Part shown: piece by piece, positions 9,968-22,215 of the stretch
Layout of the letters: each line of letters opens with the position of its first letter
How positions within the stretch are numbered: the stretch's first letter is position 1
Assembly: GCA_039794845.1 (NCBI GenBank)
Contig: JAUQVK010000112.1
Coordinates: 11,121 to 75,120 of the forward strand
Source: Thermostichus sp. DRC_bins_24
Lineage (GTDB): Bacteria; Cyanobacteriota; Cyanobacteriia; Thermostichales; Thermostichaceae
Direction of reading: 5' to 3'
Length of the DNA: 64,000 nucleotides
The notes under the pieces: generated by a model
Database searches by the model: none
The model's input: only the letters and a program-made list of their open reading frames with translations
What the model was told of the DNA's origin: nothing
Made by a program: the position numbers and the translations under genes

Positions 9968-11155
9968 CTAGCCTAAGGGGGCTGGCGGCTCAGGGAGCTG
10001 TGAGGGGGTCGGAGCCCTATCGTGACCGACCTCCGCCCCCCAAGCCTTCAGGTAAGCCCGTTGCTCTGGGGAAAGGCGACGCACCTGGCGAAAATCGGCC
10101 CCTGCCACGATTGCCCCGGCATAGGCCCCGCTTTTGAAATCGGGTTTTTGTCCCGGTTGAGCGGGAGAGGCAGTTTCCAAAGGTCCGACAAACAGCAAGG
10201 CCCGGTACAGGTCAGCTCCCCTGAAATCCGCATGGCGTAGGTTGGCTCCGCACAAATTGGCATAGCTGAGATCACAACCCTGCAAGTTGGCCCCTTCCAG
10301 ACTGGCTTCACTTAGATCGATGGCCCGCAATTGGGTGCCGTGCAGATCGGCCCCCTCCAACATCGTCTCCAGTTTGACGACGCGGATCCCGTGCAGGCGA
10401 TCCCGTTGGTAGCCGCCTTTGCCATCCAAAATCGGGCGCCCGAGGTGATCGTCGCGGCGTAGGGGGCTAAGCAAATTGGCCGTCGAGAGAAAGCGCAGAA
10501 TCTTCGCTTTACCAAACCGATCCACCCCATTCAGCAGCGCGGCGGTGCGTCCGGCAGCAATGGCACGTTCTAAAGGCCAATCGTCCAACTGACCATCGGG
10601 GGCCAGCACCAGACCAGAAATCCCCTCGAAATAGGCATCGATGGTTTGCTGCTGGGTGATTACATTCTGCTGAATGGTCAGATCCCGAGAGATGATGTAC
10701 TGCCGCCAGGCAATGTAAGCCGCCAAAATGGCAATTAAAATTTGTCCTGCCGCTCCAAACACCTCCCCCAGCGCCCCGATGGCTTCCCAACTCAGGGATC
10801 CCACCCCCGTCAGGATCCCGCTCAGATACACCCCTCCCACCATCGCCAAGCTGAGGGCCACCCCCATCCACAAAGCGCCGGGCCAACTGCGCAACTGATG
10901 CCAGAGACTGCGCCCCACCCTGGCCCAGAGCTGTCGCCCCCACCAACCCGCCAAGCCCACCCAAGCCAGCACGGCACCCCAGCCCAAACCCGGCTGAGCT
11001 GTCAGCAGGGCCAGCACCCAGAGCCCTCCGGGGATCCCCAACAACAGCAGATTGAGTAGGGGCCGCCAAGGGGGGACAAGGGCAAAGGAGACCCCCGACT
11101 CGGGAGTGGGAGGGTCGAACGGCAGGAATTCGGGGGCAAAAGGTTTGGAGGTCAT
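9968..11155 (-). CDS. Membrane-anchored pentapeptide-repeat protein
   Basis: TM segments followed by ADLHG/ANLQG/ANLCG/ADFRG/ADLYR repeats; start placed at ATG 11155. Confidence 0.85.
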   Translation of the reverse strand: MTSKPFAPEFLPFDPPTPESGVSFALVPPWRPLLNLLLLGIPGGLWVLALLTAQPGLGWGAVLAWVGLAGWWGRQLWARVGRSLWHQLRSWPGALWMGVALSLAMVGGVYLSGILTGVGSLSWEAIGALGEVFGAAGQILIAILAAYIAWRQYIISRDLTIQQNVITQQQTIDAYFEGISGLVLAPDGQLDDWPLERAIAAGRTAALLNGVDRFGKAKILRFLSTANLLSPLRRDDHLGRPILDGKGGYQRDRLHGIRVVKLETMLEGADLHGTQLRAIDLSEASLEGANLQGCDLSYANLCGANLRHADFRGADLYRALLFVGPLETASPAQPGQKPDFKSGAYAGAIVAGADFRQVRRLSPEQRAYLKAWGAEVGHDRAPTPSQLPEPPAPLG

Positions 11156-11325
11156 GGGATCCTTTGGACGAGAGGATACTCCAGGGCTAGCGTTGGAGCC
11201 AGAAAAAGAAGCCTGCGTTAGTCCGTATCTGGGGGTGAGTACCAGGGCAGGATCCCGTTCCCCAGGTTTGTTAGGATAACCTCGACCTTCCTTCTCTAGC
11301 CCAACCCGGTGTGAGGGTGACAACT

Positions 11326-13137
11326 ATGGTGATCTCTTTATTGTCTACTGCTCTGCAGAAGTCCAGCGGACGGCAATCCACAGCAGGCAAATCTGGCTTA
11401 CGGGTGCAGCATTTCGCCTCCTCCCTGCTACTCGGCACCACCTTGCTACTGGCGGCGGGTTTCGATCCCGGTTGGGCCCAAACCTCCTTGGATACGGGCA
11501 TTTCGGGGGATCAAACCTTACCCAGTGTCCCCCCTCTGCCGGACAATCGCCCCGCCATTTTCGTGGATGCCGCCAATGGCAGCGACACCCGTGGGGATGG
11601 ATCCCGCAGCAATCCCTTCCAAACCATTACCCATGCCGTCCAACGGGCCCCTGCCGGTAGTGTGATTCAGCTTTTTCCCGGGGTTTACAGCGAGCAGAGC
11701 GGCGAGATTTTCCCCATTCGTCTCAGGAGCGGCCTCACCCTGCGAGGGGACGAGTCCACCCTGGGAGAAGGTTACCTGATCACGGGAGGGGGCACCTACA
11801 TCAGCCCGACGGTGGCCCGGCAAAATATCACCATGCTGGCGGAGACCGGGTCAGAGGTGCGGGGCGTCACCATGCGCAATGAAGGTCGGCGGGGCTACGC
11901 CCTCTGGGTGGAATCGGCCGCCCCTCGCGTCCTCAACAACAGTTTTGTGGGCAGCATCCACGATGGCATCTTTATTACCGGTGCTTCTAACCCCTGGGTG
12001 GAGGGCAATCGCTTTTACAAGAATGGGGCGAGTGGCATTTCCGTCTTGGGCACCTCTCAGCCCACCATCGTCAACAACCTGTTTCAAGAAACCGGCTTCG
12101 GTCTTACCCTCGACCAGCGCTCTACCCCAATTGTGCGCAACAACCGCATTCTGCAAAACCGCACCGGTGTGCTCGTTGGCGGTAGCTCCCAGCCAATACT
12201 GCGCAACAACTTCATTGCCCAGAACCTGGAAACCGGCCTCACCGCCATCACCACGGCCCTACCGGATCTGGGCACCGCTTCGGATCCCGGCAACAACATC
12301 TTCGAGGGCAACGGCCAGTACGACATCCACAATTCCACCCGTGGCCTGCGCATCAATGCCAACGGCAACCAACTCCGGGGCCAAACCAAAGGGGATCTGG
12401 ATCTGGCGGGCCAATCCACCGTGGCGGCGGCTCCCACTGCTGCTCCCAACCCCATCTCTCCTGGCACTCTGGCTCTGCCCAGCGCTCCAACCTTGCCTGC
12501 TGCCCCGGCTGAAGCGGAGCCTGTACCTGCGGCGGTTACCCCGGCTGAGACCACCCCAACCATGCCGATTTTGACGGTGCCAGAATCCACCGCTCCCACC
12601 GCCGTTTCCCCCACCGAGGGATCCGGAGGGCGTATTTTACCTGACGTTCCTGTGAGTGGCTCTGAAACCTCGCCAACTGCTCCGGTCACGGCCACAGCAC
12701 CTGCCCCGCCACCGCCAACCCAAGAATTTACCGCAGTGCCCTTTACGCCGGATGGCTCCACCACCCCTGCCCAACCGGTGGATCCCCCCGTCACCGCCAG
12801 CCGCCCTGCCCCCCTGATGGATATCACCACCCTGTTGCCCCCACCGGCTCAGCGTCAATCCCAAGCTGCCCCGGCGGCTCCCGTTGCCCCAGCCCCACCC
12901 GCAACTACTGTCGCTGCGGCAGATTCTGCCACCCAGTTTCGAGTCCTGGTCACCCCCAGAAGCAGTGAGGATTTGAATCGGTTACGCCAACTCATTCCCG
13001 GTGCGGTGGAAACCGTGTTTAACGGCAGAAATGTACTCCAAGCCGGTCTCTACGACAGCCGCAGCCAAGCTCAGTCGGTGTTGGATCAGCTGTTGGATGC
13101 CGGCTTTGAAGCCGTGGCCGAGATGATCTTCCGCTGA
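11326..13137 (+). CDS. Secreted DUF1565 parallel beta-helix protein with Pro/Ala/Thr linker and SPOR-like C-terminus
   Basis: IFVDAANGSD..GDGSRSNPFQTITHA, repeated NN/GN beta-helix turns, low-complexity linker, C-terminal LQAGLYDSRSQAQ. Confidence 0.8.
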   Translation: MVISLLSTALQKSSGRQSTAGKSGLRVQHFASSLLLGTTLLLAAGFDPGWAQTSLDTGISGDQTLPSVPPLPDNRPAIFVDAANGSDTRGDGSRSNPFQTITHAVQRAPAGSVIQLFPGVYSEQSGEIFPIRLRSGLTLRGDESTLGEGYLITGGGTYISPTVARQNITMLAETGSEVRGVTMRNEGRRGYALWVESAAPRVLNNSFVGSIHDGIFITGASNPWVEGNRFYKNGASGISVLGTSQPTIVNNLFQETGFGLTLDQRSTPIVRNNRILQNRTGVLVGGSSQPILRNNFIAQNLETGLTAITTALPDLGTASDPGNNIFEGNGQYDIHNSTRGLRINANGNQLRGQTKGDLDLAGQSTVAAAPTAAPNPISPGTLALPSAPTLPAAPAEAEPVPAAVTPAETTPTMPILTVPESTAPTAVSPTEGSGGRILPDVPVSGSETSPTAPVTATAPAPPPPTQEFTAVPFTPDGSTTPAQPVDPPVTASRPAPLMDITTLLPPPAQRQSQAAPAAPVAPAPPATTVAAADSATQFRVLVTPRSSEDLNRLRQLIPGAVETVFNGRNVLQAGLYDSRSQAQSVLDQLLDAGFEAVAEMIFR

Positions 13138-13197
13138 ACGGCTGCCTGAGTGGGATCCAAGCCACAATGGGGATAACCCACCACAGAAGGGATCCCT

Positions 13198-15180
13198 TTG
13201 CAACCTGGTCGTGTCAGCGGGACGCCGTCCCGTCGCCCTTGGATTCCCACCTCTCACCGCCTGGTGTTGTTCAGCGGCAAGGGGGGGGTGGGCAAAACCA
13301 CTCTCACCTGTGCCCTGGCCCGCCAACTGGCCCGGGAGGAGCCCCAACGGCATATTCTCTTGATTTCCACGGATCCCGCCCACTCCTTAGGGGATGTGCT
13401 GGATTTTCCGGTGACCGATGCGGCCCAACCTCTGCCGGATCGGCCCAACTTGCAGGTACGGGCCTTGCAGGCGGAGGTTTTGTTAACGGCCTTCAAACAA
13501 ACCTACGGAGAGGCCCTAGAGCTGATTGCCGAGCGGGGCAGTTGGTTTGGCCGCGAAGATCTGCTGCCCGTCTGGGATTTAACTTGGCCGGGGGTGGATG
13601 AATTGATGGCGATTCTGGAGGTAAATCGGCTGCTGGCGGGGGGGGCAGTGGATACCATCATTCTGGATACGGCTCCCACCGGCCATACCCTGCGGCTGCT
13701 GGAGCTACCCGATTTTCTGGACAATTTGCTGGCGGTTTTTGCCACCTTTCAGGCCAAGCACCGCGAGATCGCCCAAGCCCTAACGGGCACCTACCGGACG
13801 GATGAAGCAGATGCCTTTTTGGCCCAACTGCAGGGGGAACTCCAGGGGGGTAAAGCCCGCTTGACGGACCCGGCCACCACTTCCGCTTGGTTGGTGATGC
13901 TCCCCGAGCATCTGAGTGTGGAAGAAACCCGGCGCTTCTGTCAGCAGTTGCAGCATCGCCGTGTACCCATCGGCGGCATCCTCGTCAACCAGGTGCTGTG
14001 GGAAAGCCCAGAGCAGCCCTCACCTCTGTATCTGGCCCGCCAACAGGAACAAAGCCGCATGCTCAAGGCTCTGACGGCAGGGCTGCCCGATTACCCGATT
14101 TGGGTCTGTCCCTACCGGTTGCAAGAGCCGATTGGGTCGTCGGCTCTGGATGGCTTGGTGGAGCAGCTGCGCCCTCTGTCGGAGTTGCCGGCGATCAACC
14201 CTTTGGCCATCCCTGAAAACAGGATCCCTGCGGAAGGGACGGACACCCTGCGCCTACCGGATTTTTTGAACCAGGGGATGCGGCTGGTCTTAACGGGAGG
14301 CAAAGGGGGTGTGGGCAAAACGACGGTGGCCGGAGCACTGGCCTGGAACTTGGCCAAACGACATCCCGACAAGCAGCTGTTGCTGGTCTCGATCGATCCG
14401 GCCCATTCTTTGGGGGATCTGTTCGCGGTGCCGTTGGGTCAGGATCCCGTGCCTTTACTGCCCAACCTGATGGGCCAGGAGATCGACGCAGCGGTGGTGT
14501 TGGAGCAGTTCCGGCAAGACTACCTGGAGGATATCGTCGCCATCTTGGCCGGAGAATCCACCGCTGGGGTTGAAGTGCAGTACGATCCCCAAGCTTGGCG
14601 ACAACTGCTGCAAATGCCCCCACCCGGTTTGGATGAAGTGATGGCGCTGCTGACGGTACTGGAACAAAGCGCGGCAGGTCAGTTCGATTTGGTGGTGCTG
14701 GATACAGCCCCCACAGGGCACATGTTGCGGTTTTTGCAGATGCCCCAAGCTCTGGAGGGATGGGTGAGCTTGGCCCTGAAGCTGTGGCTGAAATATCGAG
14801 ATGTGGTGGGCAGGCCGGAATTGGCTCAGCGGCTGCGGGGGTTGTTGGCCCAGGTGCGGCAACTGCGGCAACAACTGCAGGATCCGCAGTTCGTCACCTT
14901 TATTCCCGTCTTCAATCCTGAGCAGGCGGTACTGGCGGAAACCGAGCGTCTCCTGGCGGAATTGGATGAGCTGGGGATCCCACACCCCTATGCCGTCCTC
15001 AATCGAGTTTGGTTGGACACCTCCGATCCCTTCGGACAAACGGTGAGCCGGCGCCATCAGGCCATTTTGGCCCAACTGCCCGAGCGACTCCCCCAACAAC
15101 GGATTTTGCGGATCCCGTTCCTGCATCCCCCCAGTTTGGAGAGAATGGGAGCCTATTTGTTCTCCCCTCACCAACCCTAG
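13198..15180 (+). CDS. Tandem-domain ArsA/GET3-family ATPase
   Basis: Two GKGGVGKT Walker A motifs, two (T/I)DPAHSLGD and two DTAPTGH motifs; start codon uncertain. Confidence 0.9.
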   Translation: MQPGRVSGTPSRRPWIPTSHRLVLFSGKGGVGKTTLTCALARQLAREEPQRHILLISTDPAHSLGDVLDFPVTDAAQPLPDRPNLQVRALQAEVLLTAFKQTYGEALELIAERGSWFGREDLLPVWDLTWPGVDELMAILEVNRLLAGGAVDTIILDTAPTGHTLRLLELPDFLDNLLAVFATFQAKHREIAQALTGTYRTDEADAFLAQLQGELQGGKARLTDPATTSAWLVMLPEHLSVEETRRFCQQLQHRRVPIGGILVNQVLWESPEQPSPLYLARQQEQSRMLKALTAGLPDYPIWVCPYRLQEPIGSSALDGLVEQLRPLSELPAINPLAIPENRIPAEGTDTLRLPDFLNQGMRLVLTGGKGGVGKTTVAGALAWNLAKRHPDKQLLLVSIDPAHSLGDLFAVPLGQDPVPLLPNLMGQEIDAAVVLEQFRQDYLEDIVAILAGESTAGVEVQYDPQAWRQLLQMPPPGLDEVMALLTVLEQSAAGQFDLVVLDTAPTGHMLRFLQMPQALEGWVSLALKLWLKYRDVVGRPELAQRLRGLLAQVRQLRQQLQDPQFVTFIPVFNPEQAVLAETERLLAELDELGIPHPYAVLNRVWLDTSDPFGQTVSRRHQAILAQLPERLPQQRILRIPFLHPPSLERMGAYLFSPHQP

Positions 15181-15229
15181 CCTGGGTCATGTTGGCAGCA
15201 AATCCTAACCCCTTTTGAGGAGGTTTCTG

Positions 15230-15793
15230 ATGGCACGAACTTTATCCCAAACACTCACTTTGGAAGAGTTTCTGGGTTTGCCCGAAACCAAACCTGCCGG
15301 TGAATACATTGACGGACAAATTGTGCAAAAACCCATGCCTCAGGGGAAACGCAGCTTATTGCAGGGAGAACTACTCCTCACCCTCAACAGTCATCTGAAA
15401 CCTCAACACAGGGCTCGAGCTTTTCCGGAGTTACGCTGTACCTTTGCAGGACGCTCCATTGTGCCGGACATTGCCGTTTTTCGCTGGGCGCGGATCCCAC
15501 GCGATGAAAAGGGAGAGGTGGCCAATGTGTTTCCCATGGCACCGGATTGGACAATAGAAATCCTGTCTTCAGAACAAAGCCAGACAAAAGCAACGAAAAA
15601 TATCCTTCACTGCCTCAAACAGGGCACAGAGATGGGCTGGTTGATCGACCCAGCAGAGCAAACTCTATTCATCTACAGACCTCAACAAGAACCGGAGGTT
15701 TTGGATGAGTTGAGCCAGCGCCTTCCTGTCCCTGCGTTCGCGGCAGGATTGGAGTTATCGCTCGGAGAGATATTCGATTGGTTTTTGGAATGA
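15230..15793 (+). CDS. Uma2 (DUF820) family protein
   Basis: EYIDGQIVQKPMP, PELRCTFAGRSIVPDIAV, APDWTIEILS, GWLIDP. Confidence 0.92.
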   Translation: MARTLSQTLTLEEFLGLPETKPAGEYIDGQIVQKPMPQGKRSLLQGELLLTLNSHLKPQHRARAFPELRCTFAGRSIVPDIAVFRWARIPRDEKGEVANVFPMAPDWTIEILSSEQSQTKATKNILHCLKQGTEMGWLIDPAEQTLFIYRPQQEPEVLDELSQRLPVPAFAAGLELSLGEIFDWFLE

Positions 15794-15809
15794 GTGGCTG
15801 GCGGCTTGA

Positions 15810-17888
<2,079 letters not shown>

Positions 17889-17938
17889 ATTCCCAAAAAA
17901 TCTAGGAGGGATGGGTTGTTCTGCCTGCAGGGATGATC

Positions 17939-17944
17939 TAAGAT
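17939..17944 (+). promoter_or_regulatory. Putative -10 element of Yfr2
   Basis: TAAGAT ends 8 nt before the predicted 5' end at 17953. Confidence 0.45.
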
Positions 17945-17952
17945 TCAGTTCT

Positions 17953-18014
17953 AGTGAGGAGTGGACGCCAATAGGGGGAAGTGGACGAAACACGGACAGT
18001 CCCTTCCCCTTTTT
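17953..18014 (+). ncRNA. yfr2: Yfr2-family sRNA
   Basis: 5' motif GTGAGGAGTG; stem GGGGAAG-t-GGAC / GTCC-CTTCCCC enclosing the loop GAAACACGGACA; followed by a T5 tract. Confidence 0.75.
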
Positions 18015-18093
18015 GGTTCGAGAAGGTGCAAATGATCCTCGCAAAAAAGTATCTGACTTAACTGTAAAGGCTTCATTCCTCTGATTGCCGTCT

Positions 18094-18123
18094 TTGCCAG
18101 GGCCAGGAGAGTTCCACTATGAT
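18094..18123 (+). promoter_or_regulatory. Sigma70-type promoter of Yfr1
   Basis: TTGCCA-18 bp-TATGAT, ending 7 nt before G18131. Confidence 0.6.
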
Positions 18124-18130
18124 GAGAACA

Positions 18131-18196
18131 GCGGAGACGCATGTTTCCGTTCACTCCTCACACCATCTTCCGCTCGGCGTAAAGTCGGGCGGTTTT
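18131..18196 (+). ncRNA. yfr1: Yfr1 sRNA
   Basis: Invariant ACTCCTCACAC motif between a 5' hairpin (GCGGAGAC..GTTTCCGT) and a terminator hairpin (CCGCTCGGC-GTAAA-GTCGGGCGG-TTTT). Confidence 0.9.
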
Positions 18197-18504
18197 CTTG
18201 TGAAGGCTGCTTGTGAAAATACCACCCCCAAATTGACCTGAGGATCCCCTTGGGCAAAGGTGGGTGGACAACGGCGTCGCTCCTCCATCCACCGGCTTCA
18301 TCCAGGTTCTCCAGCAGTCTGAGGGGAGAAACTCTACAGACCGGATAGAAATGCTAGACTAGTGGGTCAGTGAGATTTGCACAAATTCCGGCATCCTTGC
18401 CCCTTCGCCGCCGATTTGCTGCACATTTTCTGAACGTGACCATTCAGCCTCCTTCTGGCTTTTGCCGGGTAGGATAGCCGAGAGCGAGCAGCAACGAGGA
18501 TCCC

Positions 18505-19854
18505 ATGGCCAAATATGACTCCCACTTGAAATGCTCTTTCTGCAACAAGTCGCAGGATCAAGTTCGTAAATTGATTGCGGGGCCAGGGGTTTACATCTGT
18601 GATGAATGCGTCGACCTCTGCAACGAAATTTTGGATGAGGAACTCTACGACGGCAACACCCCTGCCGCCACCACCCCTGCCGCCAGCCGCCGCGAAGCCC
18701 CGAAAAAGTCTCCCCGCAGCCTGCCCTCTTTGGCACAGCTGCCCAAACCACGGGAGATCATGCGCTATCTCGACCAGTATGTGATCGGTCAGGAAAACGC
18801 CAAAAAGATCCTATCGGTCGCGGTTTACAACCACTACAAGCGGCTTGCAGCCAAGGCCGCCCCCAGCAGCGGCGCCGGCACCTCCGAATTGGACGAGGTG
18901 GAACTGCAAAAGTCCAACATTTTGATCATCGGCCCCACCGGTTCCGGGAAAACCCTGCTGGCGGAGACCTTAGCCCGTATGTTGGAAGTTCCCTTTGCAG
19001 TGGCCGATGCCACTACCCTCACGGAAGCGGGCTATGTAGGGGAAGATGTGGAAAACATCCTCCTGCGCTTGTTACAGGTGGCGGATCTGGATGTGGAAGA
19101 AGCCCAGCGCGGCATCATCTACATTGACGAAATCGACAAGATTGCCCGCAAGAGCGAAAACCCCTCCATTACCCGCGATGTTTCCGGGGAAGGGGTGCAG
19201 CAGGCTTTGTTGAAGATGTTGGAGGGGACCATCGCCAATGTGCCCCCTCAAGGCGGTCGCAAGCACCCCTACCAAGACTGCATTCAAATTGACACCTCTA
19301 ATATCCTCTTCATTTGCGGAGGCGCTTTTGTCGGCTTGGAGAAGGTGATCGAGCAGCGCATCGGCAAAAAATCGATGGGCTTCATCAAGCAAGGGGAACA
19401 ACTGTCGGTCACCCGCGACCAGCGCATGGCGGATGCCCTCAAGGCCCTGGAACCGGATGATCTGGTCAAGTACGGCATGATCCCCGAGTTCACGGGGCGG
19501 ATCCCGGTGGTGGCAACTTTGGATCCCTTGGACGAAAAGGCGCTGGAGGCAATCTTAACCCAGCCCAAAAACGCCATTCTCAAGCAATCCCAGAAGCTGC
19601 TGCGCATGGACGGGGTAGAGCTGGAATTCGAGCCTGCCGCCATTTCTGCCATTGCCAAGGAGGCTTACCGCCGTAAAACCGGGGCTCGGGCACTGCGGGC
19701 CATTGTCGAAGAGCTGATGTTGGATGTGATGTACGAGATTCCCTCCCGCCGCGACATCAAGCAGATGCGCATCACCGCCGAGATGGTGGAGCGCCGTTCT
19801 ACCCGTGAGTTAATCCCCCATCCCTCCACCTTGCCCAAACCCGAGTCTGCCTGA
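18505..19854 (+). CDS. clpX: Clp protease ATP-binding subunit ClpX
   Basis: CSFC..CDEC zinc finger, [35 protein letters not shown]. Confidence 0.97.
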   Translation: MAKYDSHLKCSFCNKSQDQVRKLIAGPGVYICDECVDLCNEILDEELYDGNTPAATTPAASRREAPKKSPRSLPSLAQLPKPREIMRYLDQYVIGQENAKKILSVAVYNHYKRLAAKAAPSSGAGTSELDEVELQKSNILIIGPTGSGKTLLAETLARMLEVPFAVADATTLTEAGYVGEDVENILLRLLQVADLDVEEAQRGIIYIDEIDKIARKSENPSITRDVSGEGVQQALLKMLEGTIANVPPQGGRKHPYQDCIQIDTSNILFICGGAFVGLEKVIEQRIGKKSMGFIKQGEQLSVTRDQRMADALKALEPDDLVKYGMIPEFTGRIPVVATLDPLDEKALEAILTQPKNAILKQSQKLLRMDGVELEFEPAAISAIAKEAYRRKTGARALRAIVEELMLDVMYEIPSRRDIKQMRITAEMVERRSTRELIPHPSTLPKPESA

Positions 19855-19890
19855 GTGTAAGATCCTTCCAGGTGAGGGGCGGGGGAGCGC

Positions 19891-20556
19891 ATGGCTCGGC
19901 AGCGGGTGGATCGCGAGTATGCGGTGATCGGGCTGGGACGTTTTGGCTCGAGCTTGGCCCTTACGTTGGTAGAGCGGGGACACAATGTTTTGGGGATCGA
20001 TCGCAGCCGGGAGATTGTGCAGCGGTTGGCGGATCAGCTGACCCAGGTGGTGGCCCTAGATTCTAGCGATGAAGACGCTCTGCGGGCTGTCGACATTCTC
20101 TCCTTTGACACGGTGGTGGTGGCCATCGGCAGCGATTTCGAGAGCAACCTGTTGACCACCGTTGCGCTGAAAAGTTTGGGGGCTCGCAATGTGGTCTGCA
20201 AAGCCTCGACCGAACGTCAGCGCTCGATTCTGTTGCGGGTGGGGGCGGATCGGGTGGTGCTGCCCGAGCAGGAGGCGGGTCGCCGCTTGGCCCAGGTGTT
20301 GACGGCGCCCGGGATCCTGGATCAGTTGGAACTGGAGCCGGGCTACAGCATTACGGAGCTGCAGGTGCCACCGTCGTTGATGGGTCATACCCTCTCAGAA
20401 TCAGATTTGCGCCGCCGCTTCGGCATTACGGTATTGGTGGTGAAACGCAAGCAATCGTTGATCGTCTCGCCGCCGGCAGATTATTTGCTGGAGGAAGGGG
20501 ATCTGTTGGTGGTGTTGGGTGCCAACACGAATATCAGTCGGCTCAATGAGCTATGA
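19891..20556 (+). CDS. ktrA: KtrA/TrkA potassium uptake regulatory subunit
   Basis: VIGLGRFG Rossmann motif; RCK_N and RCK_C domains. Confidence 0.9.
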   Translation: MARQRVDREYAVIGLGRFGSSLALTLVERGHNVLGIDRSREIVQRLADQLTQVVALDSSDEDALRAVDILSFDTVVVAIGSDFESNLLTTVALKSLGARNVVCKASTERQRSILLRVGADRVVLPEQEAGRRLAQVLTAPGILDQLELEPGYSITELQVPPSLMGHTLSESDLRRRFGITVLVVKRKQSLIVSPPADYLLEEGDLLVVLGANTNISRLNEL

Positions 20557-20565
20557 GGGATCCCA

Positions 20566-21966
20566 ATGAAATCCGAGACGGCTTCTGACCCTGCCTCAGC
20601 GCAACAGGCAGCGGCCTTTAAGCAGCGCTTTAATCGGTTCTTCGTCGGGGATAAACGTCGTCCGCTGCCGCCCCCACTGCGTTTGGTAACAGGGCTAGGG
20701 CTGCTGGCCGTAGTGGGGACTTTAATCCTGATGTTGCCAGGAATTGGGCGCGGGGATCCCTTGAGCTGGAATGAGGCCCTGTTCACGGCGATGTCGGCTT
20801 TGAGTGTGACGGGGCTCTCGATTATCCAGGTGGCCGATGACCTCACCCTGTTTGGCCAGATCGTGTTGCTCATCCTGATCCAAATCGGCGGGGTGGGCTT
20901 TATGGTGTTGGCGGTAGTGGTGTTTCAGCTGATTGGGCGGCGCATTTCTCTGTTGAATCGCTTGGCGCTGTGCAATTCTTTGGGGTTAATCGATCCGGGG
21001 GCAATCCTGGAGTTAACGCGGCGGGTATTGCTGTTCGTCAGCCTGATCGAGCTGGGGGGAGCACTGCTGCTGTGGGTACATTGGCGCGATCTGTATGGGC
21101 CGGATCGGGCCATTTTTTTGGCCATTTTTCATGCGGTCTCTGCCTTTTGCAACGCTGGCTTTGATCTGTTCGGGAGAGAAGGGATCCCGACCGATAATCT
21201 GTCTTTGGGGATTTTGGCCGGTTTGATTTTTATCGGTGGGCTGGGCATTCCTGTGTTGTCGGATATGCTGACTTGGCCCCGCACCCACCGCCTCTCTTTA
21301 CACACGCGCATCACGTTGGCGGTGGTGGTGGTGTTGCTTTGCACGGGTGGCCTTGGGATGTTCCTGGGGGAAAGTTTGCCCGGGGGATCACTGCTAGAGG
21401 TGAGCTGGCCCCGCCGCTTGGGCCTGACATTTTTTCAGTCGGTTTCCGCCCGCACAGCTGGGTTTGCCGGGATCCCGATCGACCATTTGTCCCCGCCGAG
21501 CCAGTTGTTGTTGATCGCCTTGATGTTTATCGGGGCCGCACCGGCCTCTATGGGCGGCGGCATCACCACCGGCACCTTTGCGGTCTTGGCCTTGGCCCTG
21601 TGGGGCTATGCCCGCGGGTTGCCCAGTGCTCAGATTGCCGGACGCAGTTTGGATCCTTCCATGGTGCGCAAGGCAGCAGCGGTGTTGACGGTTTCCCTGT
21701 TTGTGGTGCTCTTGGCCACTTGGTTGATTTTGATCAGCCACAGCAGCAGCAGGTTGGATCCGGTGCTGTTTGAAGTTATTTCCGCTTTCGCCACCTGCGG
21801 CCTTTCGACGGGGTTTACCGCAGACTTGAATCTGTTTGGCCAATTGATCATCGTTTTGGTGATGTTCTGGGGGCGCTTGGGGGCCCTGACGATTGTCTTG
21901 GCCTTGGCCCAACAGCAACCGCGCCAACTGGTGATCTACCCGGAGGAGCCGATTTTGATCGGTTAA
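20566..21966 (+). CDS. ktrB: KtrB/TrkH potassium uptake membrane subunit
   Basis: SALSVTGLS, SAFCNAGF, SARTAGF and SAFATCGLS pore loops. Confidence 0.92.
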   Translation: MKSETASDPASAQQAAAFKQRFNRFFVGDKRRPLPPPLRLVTGLGLLAVVGTLILMLPGIGRGDPLSWNEALFTAMSALSVTGLSIIQVADDLTLFGQIVLLILIQIGGVGFMVLAVVVFQLIGRRISLLNRLALCNSLGLIDPGAILELTRRVLLFVSLIELGGALLLWVHWRDLYGPDRAIFLAIFHAVSAFCNAGFDLFGREGIPTDNLSLGILAGLIFIGGLGIPVLSDMLTWPRTHRLSLHTRITLAVVVVLLCTGGLGMFLGESLPGGSLLEVSWPRRLGLTFFQSVSARTAGFAGIPIDHLSPPSQLLLIALMFIGAAPASMGGGITTGTFAVLALALWGYARGLPSAQIAGRSLDPSMVRKAAAVLTVSLFVVLLATWLILISHSSSRLDPVLFEVISAFATCGLSTGFTADLNLFGQLIIVLVMFWGRLGALTIVLALAQQQPRQLVIYPEEPILIG

Positions 21967-22215
21967 CCCCGTCTGCGTGCAAATGGGATGTGCTGGAGGA
22001 TGGCGCCAGGTCTTCGGGAACTTGAGGAATGGGAATCTGCGTCGGGGGTTGCATTCCACCCGTGTTCTCACATCAAAGGTGGTTGGGGAAATGCTCAACT
22101 CTTCCCCGGTCAAGATCCGGCTCTCTCCCCTGAGCAGCCTCCGTTAGACTGAGTAACGAGCCCCTCAGGCCTGCTCTTGCTTGTCCTTTGTTCCTTAGCT
22201 TACTGGGAGCCCTCC

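Noticed and set aside
17951-18200. Minus-strand reading as an IS200/IS605 left end plus truncated tnpA (MRLRCSHHS)
   Set aside because: The plus strand is explained much better by Yfr1 and Yfr2 with their promoters and terminators.
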